Of a stretch of 30,488 nt of DNA, positions 9,959 through 22,009 are shown piece after piece. Source of the stretch: Bacteriovoracaceae bacterium (GTDB lineage: Bacteria > Bdellovibrionota > Bacteriovoracia > Bacteriovoracales > Bacteriovoracaceae); the NCBI GenBank assembly GCA_018649885.1, contig JABIHA010000020.1:124001-154488 (forward strand). Reading direction: 5' to 3'. Both the position numbers and the translations under genes were made by a program. Under the pieces are notes generated by a model. That model did no database searches. It worked only from the letters and a program-made list of their open reading frames with translations, and had not been told where the DNA came from. How positions within the stretch are numbered: the first letter of the stretch is position 1; every line of letters begins with the position of its first letter.

Positions 9959-11011
9959 TTAGTACTTGTTATAAAAATCTTTAAACACGCCGATCACTTC
10001 TTCTTGAGAGGGAATCGCTCCACCCATGCGGCCATAAAAATCAACCGGGCGCTTTCCCTCAACTGTGAGTCGTACATCTTCAACCATTTGGCCGTTAGAA
10101 AGCTCAAGCACGGCAAAGCTTCTGCATTTTTCTGAAAGCTGCTTTAAGCGATTAACAGGATAAGGCCAAAGTGTTTTGGGAGTAAACATCCCTACCTTGA
10201 AGCCCTCTTCTCTCAAGCTATCTACAGCACTGTGAGCGATTCTCGAAGAGATGCCATATGAGACCACAATCATCTCAGCATCATCAACTAGGTATTCTTC
10301 ATAGCGCGCTTCACATTTTTCAATTTCACGATATTTTTTATCGAGCCGTAGATTCACTTTTTCTTGCTCTACGGTATTCATTTGAATCGAGTAAACTACA
10401 TTGCCACTACTTTCTTTGTCTCCATAAATGGCCCAGTCTTGTCTCTTCTCTTTTTTTACTTCATCCGGAAAAATCACAGGCTCCATCACCTGTCCTGTGT
10501 AGGCATCGGAGAGAACATAAACTGGTCCTCTATATTTTTCGGCCAACTCAAAGGCCAAAATTGTAAAATCACACATTTCTTGAGGTGAGTTAGGTGCAAG
10601 AACTATAGTCTTATAATTTCCATGTCCTCCACCTTTTACAATTTGGTGGTAGTCACCCTGCTCCGGCCAAATATTTCCAAGACCTGGCCCCGCTCTCATA
10701 ATATCAATAATCACACACGGAAGTTCGGCCCCTGCCAGATAGGAGACACCCTCTTGTTTTAAACTTATTCCCGGGCTCGAGCTGGCAGTCATCACTCTTT
10801 TTCCACAAGCTGCTGCTCCAAAGGCCATATTGATGGCCGCCACTTCACTTTCTGCCTGGACAAAGGTTCCCCCAAACTTGGGAAAATAATCGGCCACAGC
10901 GTGAATAATCTCACTTGAGGGGGTAATGGGGTAACCGTAATACTGAGTGCACCCTGCCAGAGCTGCCGCCTTAGCGATCGCCTCGTTTCCTTTAATAAAC
11001 TCTTTAAACAT
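9959..11011 (-). CDS. vorB: 2-oxoacid:ferredoxin oxidoreductase alpha subunit (VorB-type)
   Basis: Motifs KGNEAIA, GYPITPSSE, QAESEVAAINM, SSSPGISLKQE. The ATG at 11011 follows an AGGAG RBS. Confidence 0.9.
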   Translation of the reverse strand: MFKEFIKGNEAIAKAAALAGCTQYYGYPITPSSEIIHAVADYFPKFGGTFVQAESEVAAINMAFGAAACGKRVMTASSSPGISLKQEGVSYLAGAELPCVIIDIMRAGPGLGNIWPEQGDYHQIVKGGGHGNYKTIVLAPNSPQEMCDFTILAFELAEKYRGPVYVLSDAYTGQVMEPVIFPDEVKKEKRQDWAIYGDKESSGNVVYSIQMNTVEQEKVNLRLDKKYREIEKCEARYEEYLVDDAEMIVVSYGISSRIAHSAVDSLREEGFKVGMFTPKTLWPYPVNRLKQLSEKCRSFAVLELSNGQMVEDVRLTVEGKRPVDFYGRMGGAIPSQEEVIGVFKDFYNKY

Positions 11012-11022
11012 TGAGCTCACTC

Positions 11023-11244
11023 CTATTTTTTATAAACGGTAATAGTCCCTGCTTCAGGACAAGAGTAAAAACAGATTCCACAGCCAGTGCAACCCTTATC
11101 AGCGTATACGGCAAAGCTGTAGCCCATATGATTTATTTCCTTGGACATAAACAGAACATTTGGAGGACAGTCATTTACACAAAGAGCACAGCCTTTGCAC
11201 TGCTCCTTGTCGACTTCAACGCGAGCAACTTTTTCTTGCATCAT
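11023..11244 (-). CDS. 2x[4Fe-4S] ferredoxin, delta subunit of the Vor complex
   Basis: Two cluster motifs, CKGCALCVNDCP and CTGCGICFYSCP; first gene of the operon; AAGGAG RBS. Confidence 0.9.
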   Translation of the reverse strand: MMQEKVARVEVDKEQCKGCALCVNDCPPNVLFMSKEINHMGYSFAVYADKGCTGCGICFYSCPEAGTITVYKK

Positions 11245-11283
11245 TGACTCCTTGCGAATTAATTTTTAGATAAATAAACACTG

Positions 11284-11326
11284 ATCCTAACTCATAGATG
11301 CAACAGATGACTTTGATCTATATCAG
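11284..11326 (-). promoter_or_regulatory. FNR/CRP-type box plus -10 element driving the vor operon
   Basis: TTGATCTATATCAG at 11313-11326 (one mismatch to TTGAT-N4-ATCAA), then minus-strand TAGGAT at 11289-11284 after a 23-nt gap. Confidence 0.65.
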
Positions 11327-11434
11327 TTCAAAACCTAGGCGGGCCCATAGACACTCATTTGGCTTCTCGACCAGTCTATAGTTCACTCAAATTTTTGAAA
11401 CTTTAACGTTTATAACAACTAAAATGGGGTTTCC

Positions 11435-12298
11435 ATGTTGTCGAAGGTCTTCTCTAGTATTATTAATCAAGACAATCTCACTACTCTGAGCTGTGATGCG
11501 ACTGTGCAAGAGGCGACTCAGGCAATGAAAGATCACGGTGCCACTCTTATTTGTGAAAGAGAGGGGGTTGAGGGGATATTTACTGAGCAAGACCTCTTGT
11601 ACAAAGTTCTGGCCAGAGGCAAAGACCCACTTGAAACAGCGGTAAGTGAGGTGATGAGCCCATCACCACAACACATCGACGTAAATGATGATTTAATTTG
11701 TGCCCTACAAATGATGAATGGATCAGGCCTTCACCACCTGCCCGTTCTCGACGGCACATCAGTTTTAGGTATCATTTCTATTAAAGATATTTATCACAGC
11801 GCTTTGATTCAACTCAAAGAAGATCTTGAAAACCTTTTTGCAAGTGATGCCTTTTTGCAAAAAGTGGTTCCAAGGCTTATTAAAAATCAAAACCCCATTA
11901 TTTTAAATCCCAGTGAAAGCATTCAAAGTGTAGTGACCAAAATGGCCAAACACGAACAGGGAACCACAATAATTGAAAATGATAATCAATTGATGGGAAT
12001 TTTTACTGAACACGATCTGGCCTACAAAGTTGTAGCAAAAAAGATGTCTTTAACCACAACTTCAGTGGGAGAAGTCATGACTGTAGGCCCCGATACCATC
12101 GGCTTAGAGGCAACAATGATTGATATTGTGAAAACCATGCACGCAGGAAACTACCGCCACTTACCTGCTCACGACGGATATAAAGTTCACGGTATCGTTT
12201 CAATCGAAGATCTCTACAAAATCCTTGGAGTGGAAATGGAAAAGGATTTTGCCAGGGCGCTCAGTGATCGCAATAATCGATGGGCCTTTGGAGTATAG
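11435..12298 (+). CDS. CBS domain protein (two CBS pairs)
   Basis: Internal duplication GIFTEQDL...EVMS...HHLPV / GIFTEHDL...EVMT...RHLPA. Confidence 0.9.
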   Translation: MLSKVFSSIINQDNLTTLSCDATVQEATQAMKDHGATLICEREGVEGIFTEQDLLYKVLARGKDPLETAVSEVMSPSPQHIDVNDDLICALQMMNGSGLHHLPVLDGTSVLGIISIKDIYHSALIQLKEDLENLFASDAFLQKVVPRLIKNQNPIILNPSESIQSVVTKMAKHEQGTTIIENDNQLMGIFTEHDLAYKVVAKKMSLTTTSVGEVMTVGPDTIGLEATMIDIVKTMHAGNYRHLPAHDGYKVHGIVSIEDLYKILGVEMEKDFARALSDRNNRWAFGV

Positions 12299-12391
12299 AT
12301 GGATAGTGAATCATTAGAGGAACCGTTTCACGGCGACACAATAGGTGCATGGACCTGTGATGATAGAGAGTACCGCCCCCTCTTTGGTATT

Positions 12392-12573
12392 TCAATTTTT
12401 GTCAATTTCATTTTTTATGATTTCAAATGCTTTCTCGAGATTAAAAGAAGCTTTATCTACTTTCTTTAAAATATCTTCTTTTGAGAGCCTATCTGATTTT
12501 TTGATTATCAGGGTTATTTCCCCACTCACCATTGTTAGAGAGTTAATTAAATCGTGAACAAATTTTTCCTGAC

Positions 12574-12577
<4 letters not shown>
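12392..12577 (-). CDS. Small stand-alone HisKA/DHp-like protein
   Basis: 61 aa with an H-box-like FVHDLINSLTMVSG and two predicted helices; ATGA overlap with the kinase stop. Confidence 0.6.
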
Positions 12578-14523
<1,946 letters not shown>

Positions 14524-14526
14524 CAG

Positions 14527-15465
14527 TTACAATTTTCTCCAATTTAATATTTTAAACTTTTGAATTCTATTATTTCCAGTATCTCCCACATATAAGTGCC
14601 CCGCTTCATCAACAATGATACCGTGAAGATTTCCAAACTCCATTTGTGCAGTACCTTTTTTCCCAAAAGTATAAAATGCCTTCCCCTCGCTGTTTAAAAC
14701 ATGAATTCGGTTATTTCCTATCTCTGTTACATAGACATTGTCATATTTATCAATTGCTATTCCTGCAGGTCTTCTAAATTCACCTAGAGCTTCTCCTTCT
14801 TTTCCGATGACCTTGAGAAATTTACCTTTTTCAGAAAATACCTGTACGCGATTGTTTGCAAGGTCAGCAACCCAAATTCTTCCCTTACTATCTACTTTAG
14901 AGGCCTCAGGTCTGTTTAACTGTCCCTCGCCACTGCCATACATTCCGAATGAAAATTTAAAAACTCCATCTAAGCTAAAAATAGAAACTCTATTATTACC
15001 TGCCTCCGCAACATAGAGATTTCCATTTTGATGAACGTCCATAAATTCTGACTCAATTGTCTGTCCTTCTCTCTCACCTAGGTCACTAAAAGTTTTTAGG
15101 TAATTATTGTTTTTATCGAATTTTTTAATATACCCAGATAAATAGTCAGCCACGAAAATATTTCCAGTCTTTGGATTAATTGCAATTCCTTCTGGTTTTT
15201 CAAAACTAGACGGAACTCGGCCTTTTCCTCCAAATTTGTGAAGAAATTTTCCATCTTTAGTGAATATTTGAACGTCTGAACGCAAAGCATCTGTTACAAG
15301 CAATTCTCCATTATTATTAAATGCAAAATCCTCTATATATTTAAATTGCCCATTGCCACCCCCTTCATTTCCCCACATCTTAACGAACTTAACCTGCTCA
15401 GAAACCTTATTGCATCCTGTAAATGCAAAAGAGGCCATCAATGTTAGCATGAAAATAGCTTTCAT
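14527..15465 (-). CDS. NHL-repeat (6-bladed beta-propeller) lipoprotein
   Basis: Lipobox-like FTGC and repeated FxxPxGIAxD...YVxDxxNNRIQxF units. Confidence 0.9.
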   Translation of the reverse strand: MKAIFMLTLMASFAFTGCNKVSEQVKFVKMWGNEGGGNGQFKYIEDFAFNNNGELLVTDALRSDVQIFTKDGKFLHKFGGKGRVPSSFEKPEGIAINPKTGNIFVADYLSGYIKKFDKNNNYLKTFSDLGEREGQTIESEFMDVHQNGNLYVAEAGNNRVSIFSLDGVFKFSFGMYGSGEGQLNRPEASKVDSKGRIWVADLANNRVQVFSEKGKFLKVIGKEGEALGEFRRPAGIAIDKYDNVYVTEIGNNRIHVLNSEGKAFYTFGKKGTAQMEFGNLHGIIVDEAGHLYVGDTGNNRIQKFKILNWRKL

Positions 15466-15971
15466 TTTTAAACCCTATCCAAAATATTAATTGCTTATTA
15501 TTGTCGGAGTTTAAAAGAAAATTATGATCAAAATTACATAAAAAAGATCTTAAGAAAAATTAATATACATATTTGTGTTCCAGGTTTTACAAAGTATCGC
15601 ACATTTTTTTCAAACAGTGTCGTAAAAAAATAAGTGCTAACCACTACTTTGGGGCTCAAAGCTGGGACTTATTTAACTTTCGTGGGTTGCTATAGTTCCT
15701 TACTAGTAAAGGTTCCAAATAAAGGTTTCAAGCCAGATTCACATTGCCAGCGCAATGAATGCTGCGCATACAGAGAAGTGAAACCCAGAAACCTCAAGCG
15801 CTCCACGCTGGACGGAAGGCCGCCAATAATCGGGTGAGACGATTACTATAAAAACGAATGGCTAAACTTCAAAGGTGCTCACTTGATATAGAGATAGAGT
15901 ACTGGCAGCATTTTGTTTAAAATTATTGATTACGCAGCTTTACACGAGTAGCCTTCAGTACTTATGGGGTC

Positions 15972-17942
15972 CTAAGCTACCGCTGGAAAACGAAGGACAA
16001 AACAGGTATGGGGGTGATCGTTATCCACAAAAAAATGCCCCTGGTGATTTTCAACAATTGCTTTAGATATACTAAGTCCAATGCCAGTTCCTTTTCCGGC
16101 CTCTTTGGTTGTAAAAAAGGGATCGAATAGTTTTTCCTGACTTCCTGGGGGTATCCCCGCGCCACTATCAATAACTTTAACAATTAAATATTTGATCTCC
16201 CCTACTTCCTCTTCATCACATTCAATTTCAACCCACTTTTTTTCAGGCAGTTCTTTTTTTTCTAGCTCATCAAAAGCATTATTTAACAAATTTAATAGAA
16301 CTTGAGAAATATGAACTTTTAAGCACTTTATTTTTGTTTTTAAATATGGGTTATCAAAATCAATCAGAAGATCAATGCCACTATTTTCAAATCTTGCTTT
16401 GCAAAAGGGTAATGTGTCGATAAGTATGCAACTCATACATTCGTCTGCCAGCTCTTTGTCACTATCATCTCGTGAAATAACCCGAAGTCCATTAGTTATA
16501 TCTGCAATTCTCTTAGTAACTTGCTCAGCCGTTTCTATTCTTTTAAAAAATTTATCTTTATTAAACTTGTTCTGACAAAGTTCTTTTTTCATTAGTTGAA
16601 TTGTTGCAAGTATTATTGTGAGTGGGTTATTGATTTCATGGGCCACGCCCCCTGCCATTTCGCCTAATGCTTTTAGTTTAGAAGTTTGAATAAGTTGTTT
16701 TTTTGTCTTTTGTAACTCATTTATTTTCTCCTGGAGTAGCTCAGATTTATCGTATAGCTCAACATTTGAATTAATTAATTTATTTTGAATCTTAGTAAGT
16801 TTTTTGGCCATAGATTCAAAAGTCTTCTCCAAGATTTTTAATTCATTGAGTCCTTTTATTTCCTTTTTTTCCCATAGGGGAAGCTTCGATAACGCAATTG
16901 CCTTGTCAGTTAGCTTATTAATTGGATCAATTAACAAACCTCTCATCTTTAGTGAAATAAAAATTAAAATGATTATTAACGATCCGATTAGAATTATTGA
17001 AATAGTTTTTAGCTTTGTGACAGATGAGTACGCTTCATCTTGATCTATTTTGGCCACAAACCCCCAACTAAGAGCTTCAATATACTCCCAGACAGCTATT
17101 ACCTCTTTATTTCTATAGTCAACAGATTCACCGTAACCACTACCAGATATAACAGCACTCTGCATTGGGAGAGCAGTCGGACTATTTAGTTTTATTTTTT
17201 TCTTTAAGCTAGTACCAGACTCATGTCTTAAATTATTAATAAATAGGATGTCACTACCATCTCTTACTCCAATCAAAGTCTCACCGCTTTTTCCTAACCC
17301 AGTAAAATCCTCTATAAGATTTAGTATCACTCCCATTTTTAGCTCAAGAACCATTACTCCAATAGACTCGCCCTGGTCATCTTTTATAGGACCCATAATG
17401 TACATTTCTGATAGATTATTAAATCTTGTGTTTTTGAATACCGGTGTAATATTGATATCCTTCTTGGATTTTTCAAAATACTTCTGAAAAATCCGAGGTA
17501 ATTGCTTACCAAGTTCTTTTTCATAATGCTCACTATTTGAAGTGTACAAAATAATTCCATCTAAATTTAAAAGCATCAAATCTTCATAATTATATTCTTC
17601 AACAAATGTCCGCAATTGAGCGTTAAGCATATCAACTGATTTTCTATATATTGGACCTTGAGGAGCATTAATATACATATTTATAATAGGGAAGTTGGTT
17701 TTAATATTATAATAATTACTCGCAACTTTGAAATCCGACATTCTTTCATTGAAATAATATTCAATTTTATCCCGTTTAAGCTTCGTGACTGCCAGGAGAG
17801 AGTTAAGCGATTTTTTTTTAATATCTTTTTTGAATAACTCAAAAGTAGAAATTGCGTAAAACACGAGCGGAATTAAAGATGTTGCGACAAATGCCAAAAA
17901 CAAAACCTGTCTAATTGACAATGCATCAACCATTCTTTTCAT
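15972..17942 (-). CDS. Sensor histidine kinase with Cache-type periplasmic domain and HAMP
   Basis: Two TMs, DYRNKEVIAVW...WGFVAKID Cache end, HEINNPL, NLLNNA, DSGAG, GTGIGL. Confidence 0.9.
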   Translation of the reverse strand: MKRMVDALSIRQVLFLAFVATSLIPLVFYAISTFELFKKDIKKKSLNSLLAVTKLKRDKIEYYFNERMSDFKVASNYYNIKTNFPIINMYINAPQGPIYRKSVDMLNAQLRTFVEEYNYEDLMLLNLDGIILYTSNSEHYEKELGKQLPRIFQKYFEKSKKDINITPVFKNTRFNNLSEMYIMGPIKDDQGESIGVMVLELKMGVILNLIEDFTGLGKSGETLIGVRDGSDILFINNLRHESGTSLKKKIKLNSPTALPMQSAVISGSGYGESVDYRNKEVIAVWEYIEALSWGFVAKIDQDEAYSSVTKLKTISIILIGSLIIILIFISLKMRGLLIDPINKLTDKAIALSKLPLWEKKEIKGLNELKILEKTFESMAKKLTKIQNKLINSNVELYDKSELLQEKINELQKTKKQLIQTSKLKALGEMAGGVAHEINNPLTIILATIQLMKKELCQNKFNKDKFFKRIETAEQVTKRIADITNGLRVISRDDSDKELADECMSCILIDTLPFCKARFENSGIDLLIDFDNPYLKTKIKCLKVHISQVLLNLLNNAFDELEKKELPEKKWVEIECDEEEVGEIKYLIVKVIDSGAGIPPGSQEKLFDPFFTTKEAGKGTGIGLSISKAIVENHQGHFFVDNDHPHTCFVLRFPAVA

Positions 17943-18210
17943 AAATTAAGTATCCTTTCATTAACTTTAATAAATACAGCAAGACTTTCAAGAAAAAACT
18001 TTAAAACCTGAGCACAATCACCACAAAAAGGGACAGCAAGGTTAAGAAATATTCAGAAAAGTTAACATAAGCCAAAGAGAGGTGTAAGCGACCCAAGCTG
18101 GTGTATCTTGCGCTGGCCTCCCATCGAAATAATAAGATAAAAAAAAGAAAAGAATTCTTAACATTAATCAAATTCATTCACTTAAGATTTTATGAAACGG
18201 ATACTTTTCT

Positions 18211-19458
18211 TTAAGGTCTTTTTACGAGATCTCTTATATCACTACCAGTCGGTGACTCATGCGCAAGCAGATCAAACTCAGTCAAAATTGCAAATATATG
18301 GTCAAAGATATCAGATTGGATATTTTCGTACTCGTCCCACACAGTAGTATTTGTAAAGGCATAAATCTCGATGGGTAAACCTTCGCTGGAAGGAGCAAGT
18401 TGGCGCACAATAAGAGTTCTGTCTTTATGAATTGCAGGATGTTCACTAAGGTAAGAAAATAAATACTTACGAAAAGTTCCTATATTAGTTAACCTACGGC
18501 CATTAATTAATAAGGTCATATCGATTTTTGAATTTAAACGTTTAATAGACTCAACTTTATCTTTTAGATAAGGTTCAAGCAACCTACTTTTCATCAGGTG
18601 ATCTAAATCTTTGTTTTCAAGGAAACGAATACTAGTAGTATTAATTAACAAACTTCTTTTGATTCGACGGCCTCCTGAATCAGACATACCACGCCAGTTT
18701 TTAAAGGAGTCTGAAATAAGTGCATATGTTGGAATAGTAGTAATTGTTTTATCCCAATTTTGTACCTTTACTGTAGTGAGCCCAATATCGATTACATCTC
18801 CATCGGCATTGTATTTTGGCATTTCTAACCAATCACCAACTGCTAGCATATTATTCACTGATAATTGAATGCCAGCGACAAGGCCTAGTATTGGGTCTTT
18901 AAAAACTAACATTAAGACAGCTGACAATGCACCAAGTCCTGAAAGTAAAATAACAGGAGATTTCCCAATAAGTATTGATACTCCTATTAAACCAATAAGG
19001 AGGCTTAAAATAAGTTTAGTCGTTTGGATTATTCCACGAAGCGGAACATGAGACTTTTCTATGCGCCTATTTATCATTGCTTGAAAAGTATCAAGAAAAG
19101 AAAAAAGGGCCATTAGGCCATAAAACAAAATCCATAAATCAGAAACCGTGCCTATTAATTTGTTTAAAAAATCCGCTTCATCTAGCCAGACACCGGCCTG
19201 AATTCTAACGATTACCCCTTGAAGTACCATCGCCATATGATGAAACAATCTATTAGAATTTAGGGTATGTAACCAACTACCTTCAATATTTATGAATTTA
19301 AAACTAGATATAATGCGAAGGACTACTCGACGTAAAAATGAATGTATGACAATGGCACATACTACTATCCAAATAATTACAAAAAGATGCGAAGCGGCCC
19401 CTTCAGGGCCAGGGGCTTGCAGCTCAATCCAGTTTAATAATTGCTCTCTCATACTCAT
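18211..19458 (-). CDS. ybdG: Miniconductance mechanosensitive channel YbdG/MscM (MscS family)
   Basis: AVLMLVFKDPILGLVAGIQLS, GDWLEMPKY.ADG.VIDIGLTTVKV.NWD, SDSFKNW.GM..SGGRRIKRS. The start is moved to the ATG at 19458, after an AAAGGA RBS (415 aa). Confidence 0.9.
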   Translation of the reverse strand: MSMREQLLNWIELQAPGPEGAASHLFVIIWIVVCAIVIHSFLRRVVLRIISSFKFINIEGSWLHTLNSNRLFHHMAMVLQGVIVRIQAGVWLDEADFLNKLIGTVSDLWILFYGLMALFSFLDTFQAMINRRIEKSHVPLRGIIQTTKLILSLLIGLIGVSILIGKSPVILLSGLGALSAVLMLVFKDPILGLVAGIQLSVNNMLAVGDWLEMPKYNADGDVIDIGLTTVKVQNWDKTITTIPTYALISDSFKNWRGMSDSGGRRIKRSLLINTTSIRFLENKDLDHLMKSRLLEPYLKDKVESIKRLNSKIDMTLLINGRRLTNIGTFRKYLFSYLSEHPAIHKDRTLIVRQLAPSSEGLPIEIYAFTNTTVWDEYENIQSDIFDHIFAILTEFDLLAHESPTGSDIRDLVKRP

Positions 19459-19543
19459 AACCCATCCTTTCTTCATAAACGCAAAAAAGTTGGTGCCGGG
19501 AAATCTCTGTTCGTAAAACGGCCTACTGCCGCTATAAAAGACC

Positions 19544-19702
19544 AACCCCTATCTGTATTCATTTTAGCCATAAAAGCCACATATCGGCACCGCCTAGCGC
19601 GCCGACTTCCCTGAACGCCAGCTAACCTTACAAGAGAAATCGAGCATTCCATGCTCGGCGGGTAGTGTGGTTTACTTTTTTGATGCAACTACAGATAGAG
19701 TT
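19544..19702. other. GC-richer multi-stem structured element upstream of ybdG (cis-RNA, MITE or attC-like)
   Basis: Nested inverted repeats at 19549-57/19690-98, 19574-81/19666-73, 19584-88/19601-05 and 19641-47/19651-57. Confidence 0.5.
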
Positions 19703-19807
19703 ATTCCTTGTAAAACTAGTACCAACACTTACCTACTTTCTTAGCTCAATTGCCCCCCACTCTGACCTATTTCCAATCAAAAAAAAATTATTGCTGAAGA
19801 ACGGTTA

Positions 19808-20137
19808 TTAGTAATTTGGGTCAAGTGAAACAAACTTATCATGAATTTTTTGATAGGGTAGAATGCATTCCTCGTAGTCTCCTGTAAACTCATTTTTTGC
19901 ATTTTGAAGTTTTTCTCTCGATACTGCTCCGTTATCCTTGATGAGCTCGTAGACCTCACAAGTATCTCCTTTAGCTAATATCCTTCTTGTTGGAGTTCCT
20001 TCTACTGAACGAACTGACCAGTCCTCAATGAATACACTCTGAACTCTACGACGAATTTTTCCATTCTCTTTTTCATTACCAAGATAGATCCTGGTTAATT
20101 TTATATTTTTTCCAGTCTCTGGAGATTTAGTCCACAT
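19808..20137 (-). CDS. Hypothetical protein, possibly a 5'-truncated remnant
   Basis: 109-aa ORF without a clear RBS; the frame stays open about 30 codons upstream to 20227 with no start codon. Confidence 0.45.
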   Translation of the reverse strand: MWTKSPETGKNIKLTRIYLGNEKENGKIRRRVQSVFIEDWSVRSVEGTPTRRILAKGDTCEVYELIKDNGAVSREKLQNAKNEFTGDYEECILPYQKIHDKFVSLDPNY

Positions 20138-20311
20138 ATAGACGGATAAGCGACCATGTCTCCATGAAGTTCCACTATTCCCAAAGTTTGCATGAAGGGT
20201 GGAGAAAGTGGATACGCGTGTCGTGGTTTATAAATTTAGCAGGCACTAAAGTAAGGTGCCAAGTTCTCGATATTCTGTATTAAGATTTAAGTAAAACTTT
20301 GGATAGTGGGA

Positions 20312-22009
20312 TTAGTCGTTCATTGTATAACTATCCGTCATTGTACTATAAACTTCATGGCAGACTCTTCCAAAACGCTCTTCATCGACAACTGGCTTTC
20401 TTATCATTGCCAGGCAAAGTGTTTTTTGAATTTGAGTGCTACTAGTTTTTGAAAATAGTTGGAGAGCGAATTTTGAAAAATCTCTAATCATGAAATCAAA
20501 GATTTGATCCAATAGATCATCATCAATCCCTAAAAGTTTTGAATTTTCAATAATGAGCTGCCCATAGACAACTAAGGTAAATAGTTCTCCCAAAACTAAT
20601 AAAAAATCAATATCCTTGATTTGTTTTTTATTGGGCTTCCCTACTACTAAAAGTGTTTTGAGTACTTTTATTTGCCCCTTGAAAACATTGATGTTTGCAA
20701 GATCGACACTGTCGTAAACTTTTCTGTAGTCATGGAATTTGATTTTACTTAGCCCTTTGGTTGGGCCTTGGTTAAAGAGAAATTCATCATTACTTGTATC
20801 ATTTCGGGTGGGGATTTCTGGAAACTCTTTTGCTTTAAAAAAATAATTTGCCATAAATTTAACAATTAAGGCCATATTTACATGAACTGTACCCTCTAAC
20901 TTTGGTAAGCAGCGAATATCCCTGGCCGCCATTTCAAAATATCCATGTTTCTCAAATCCTTTGGCAGCAATAATATCCCACAAGTTGTTGATTACCTCTT
21001 CACCTTGGGTGGTCACTTTCATTTTTACCATTGGAATAAAAAGAAGGTAACGTCGATCAGTAGAAGAAGCCGATCTCATATAATCACTAGCTCTGAGTGC
21101 AAATAATTTCATGGCGGATAGCCTTGCATAAGCATCCACAAAGAGTTGTTTAATATGAATGAAGTCGGTTACATGTGAATTAAATAACTTTCTTTTGGAT
21201 GCATGGTCAATCGCCTCATAAAAAGCGTGTGTGCATATACCAATGGAGGCCCAACCCAGGTTATACTTACAAAAGTTGATTGTATTAAGGGCACAGTCCC
21301 ATGCTTTGGGTCCCTCGGCCAAAATATCTTCTTTTGTGAGAGGGTAATTATCCAATTCGTACTCAGCAACATAATTTTGAGAATTCACTACATTTTGAAT
21401 TAGATGGTAATTTTCGTGGCCAGATTTTGCGACAAAGAAAACATATTCACCACTATCTTTAAATTTTCCAAAGGTTGATACGAGTGCTGCTTTATTGGCA
21501 TTTCCTATATAATATTTTCGTCCACTCGCAGAATAGATATCTTCTGATTTTTCTACAATCATATCACTGGAGTAAATATCGGCTCCATGCTCTTTTTCAG
21601 AGAGTCCAAATGCAAATATTTCTCCATCACTTAGCAGTTTGGCCGTTTGCTTTTTAACTAACTCATTTTCCCCCAGCCAAATTGGGCCAACTCCCAGCAT
21701 ACTGACTTGCCAGGTATACCAATAAGAGAGGCCATAAAAACCAAGAATTTCATTGAATGCACAGTTTCTATAGGTATCCCATCTGGCATTTTCATCTCCA
21801 AAACCACGGGGCGTCAGAAGTGTCGCAAAAACTTTTTCATTTTTTACAAACTCTAAGAAGTCAGCGTACCAGGTCCTTTCGTGATCATCTTCTTTAATTT
21901 TTTCGAGACCTTTGTTCTCAAAAAACTCGATGGTTTTTCGCATAATAGCAGCAGTCTCATCGTCAGAAAATTTCCATTGGTACTTTTTAGGATTTAGCAA
22001 AAGATTCAT
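20312..22009 (-). CDS. Acyl-CoA dehydrogenase family protein
   Basis: FAFGLSEKEHGADIYS, GRKYYIGNAN and LPKLEGTVHVN. The ATG at 22009 follows GAGGTG. Confidence 0.9.
   Translation of the reverse strand: MNLLLNPKKYQWKFSDDETAAIMRKTIEFFENKGLEKIKEDDHERTWYADFLEFVKNEKVFATLLTPRGFGDENARWDTYRNCAFNEILGFYGLSYWYTWQVSMLGVGPIWLGENELVKKQTAKLLSDGEIFAFGLSEKEHGADIYSSDMIVEKSEDIYSASGRKYYIGNANKAALVSTFGKFKDSGEYVFFVAKSGHENYHLIQNVVNSQNYVAEYELDNYPLTKEDILAEGPKAWDCALNTINFCKYNLGWASIGICTHAFYEAIDHASKRKLFNSHVTDFIHIKQLFVDAYARLSAMKLFALRASDYMRSASSTDRRYLLFIPMVKMKVTTQGEEVINNLWDIIAAKGFEKHGYFEMAARDIRCLPKLEGTVHVNMALIVKFMANYFFKAKEFPEIPTRNDTSNDEFLFNQGPTKGLSKIKFHDYRKVYDSVDLANINVFKGQIKVLKTLLVVGKPNKKQIKDIDFLLVLGELFTLVVYGQLIIENSKLLGIDDDLLDQIFDFMIRDFSKFALQLFSKTSSTQIQKTLCLAMIRKPVVDEERFGRVCHEVYSTMTDSYTMND

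Noticed and set aside
12299..12391. Riboswitch or 70-aa ORF after the CBS gene
   Set aside because: It lies between convergent genes, has no recognisable aptamer motif, and the ORF is antisense to the mini-DHp gene.
15634..15870. 67-aa ORF, or an IS3 transposase tail on the minus strand (FYSNR/HPIIGGLPS)
   Set aside because: The ORF has no RBS. The transposase resemblance needs a frameshift and is too short to support.
18000..20300. Integron cassette array
   Set aside because: Only one attC-like structure with non-consensus R boxes; no second site after ybdG and no integrase.
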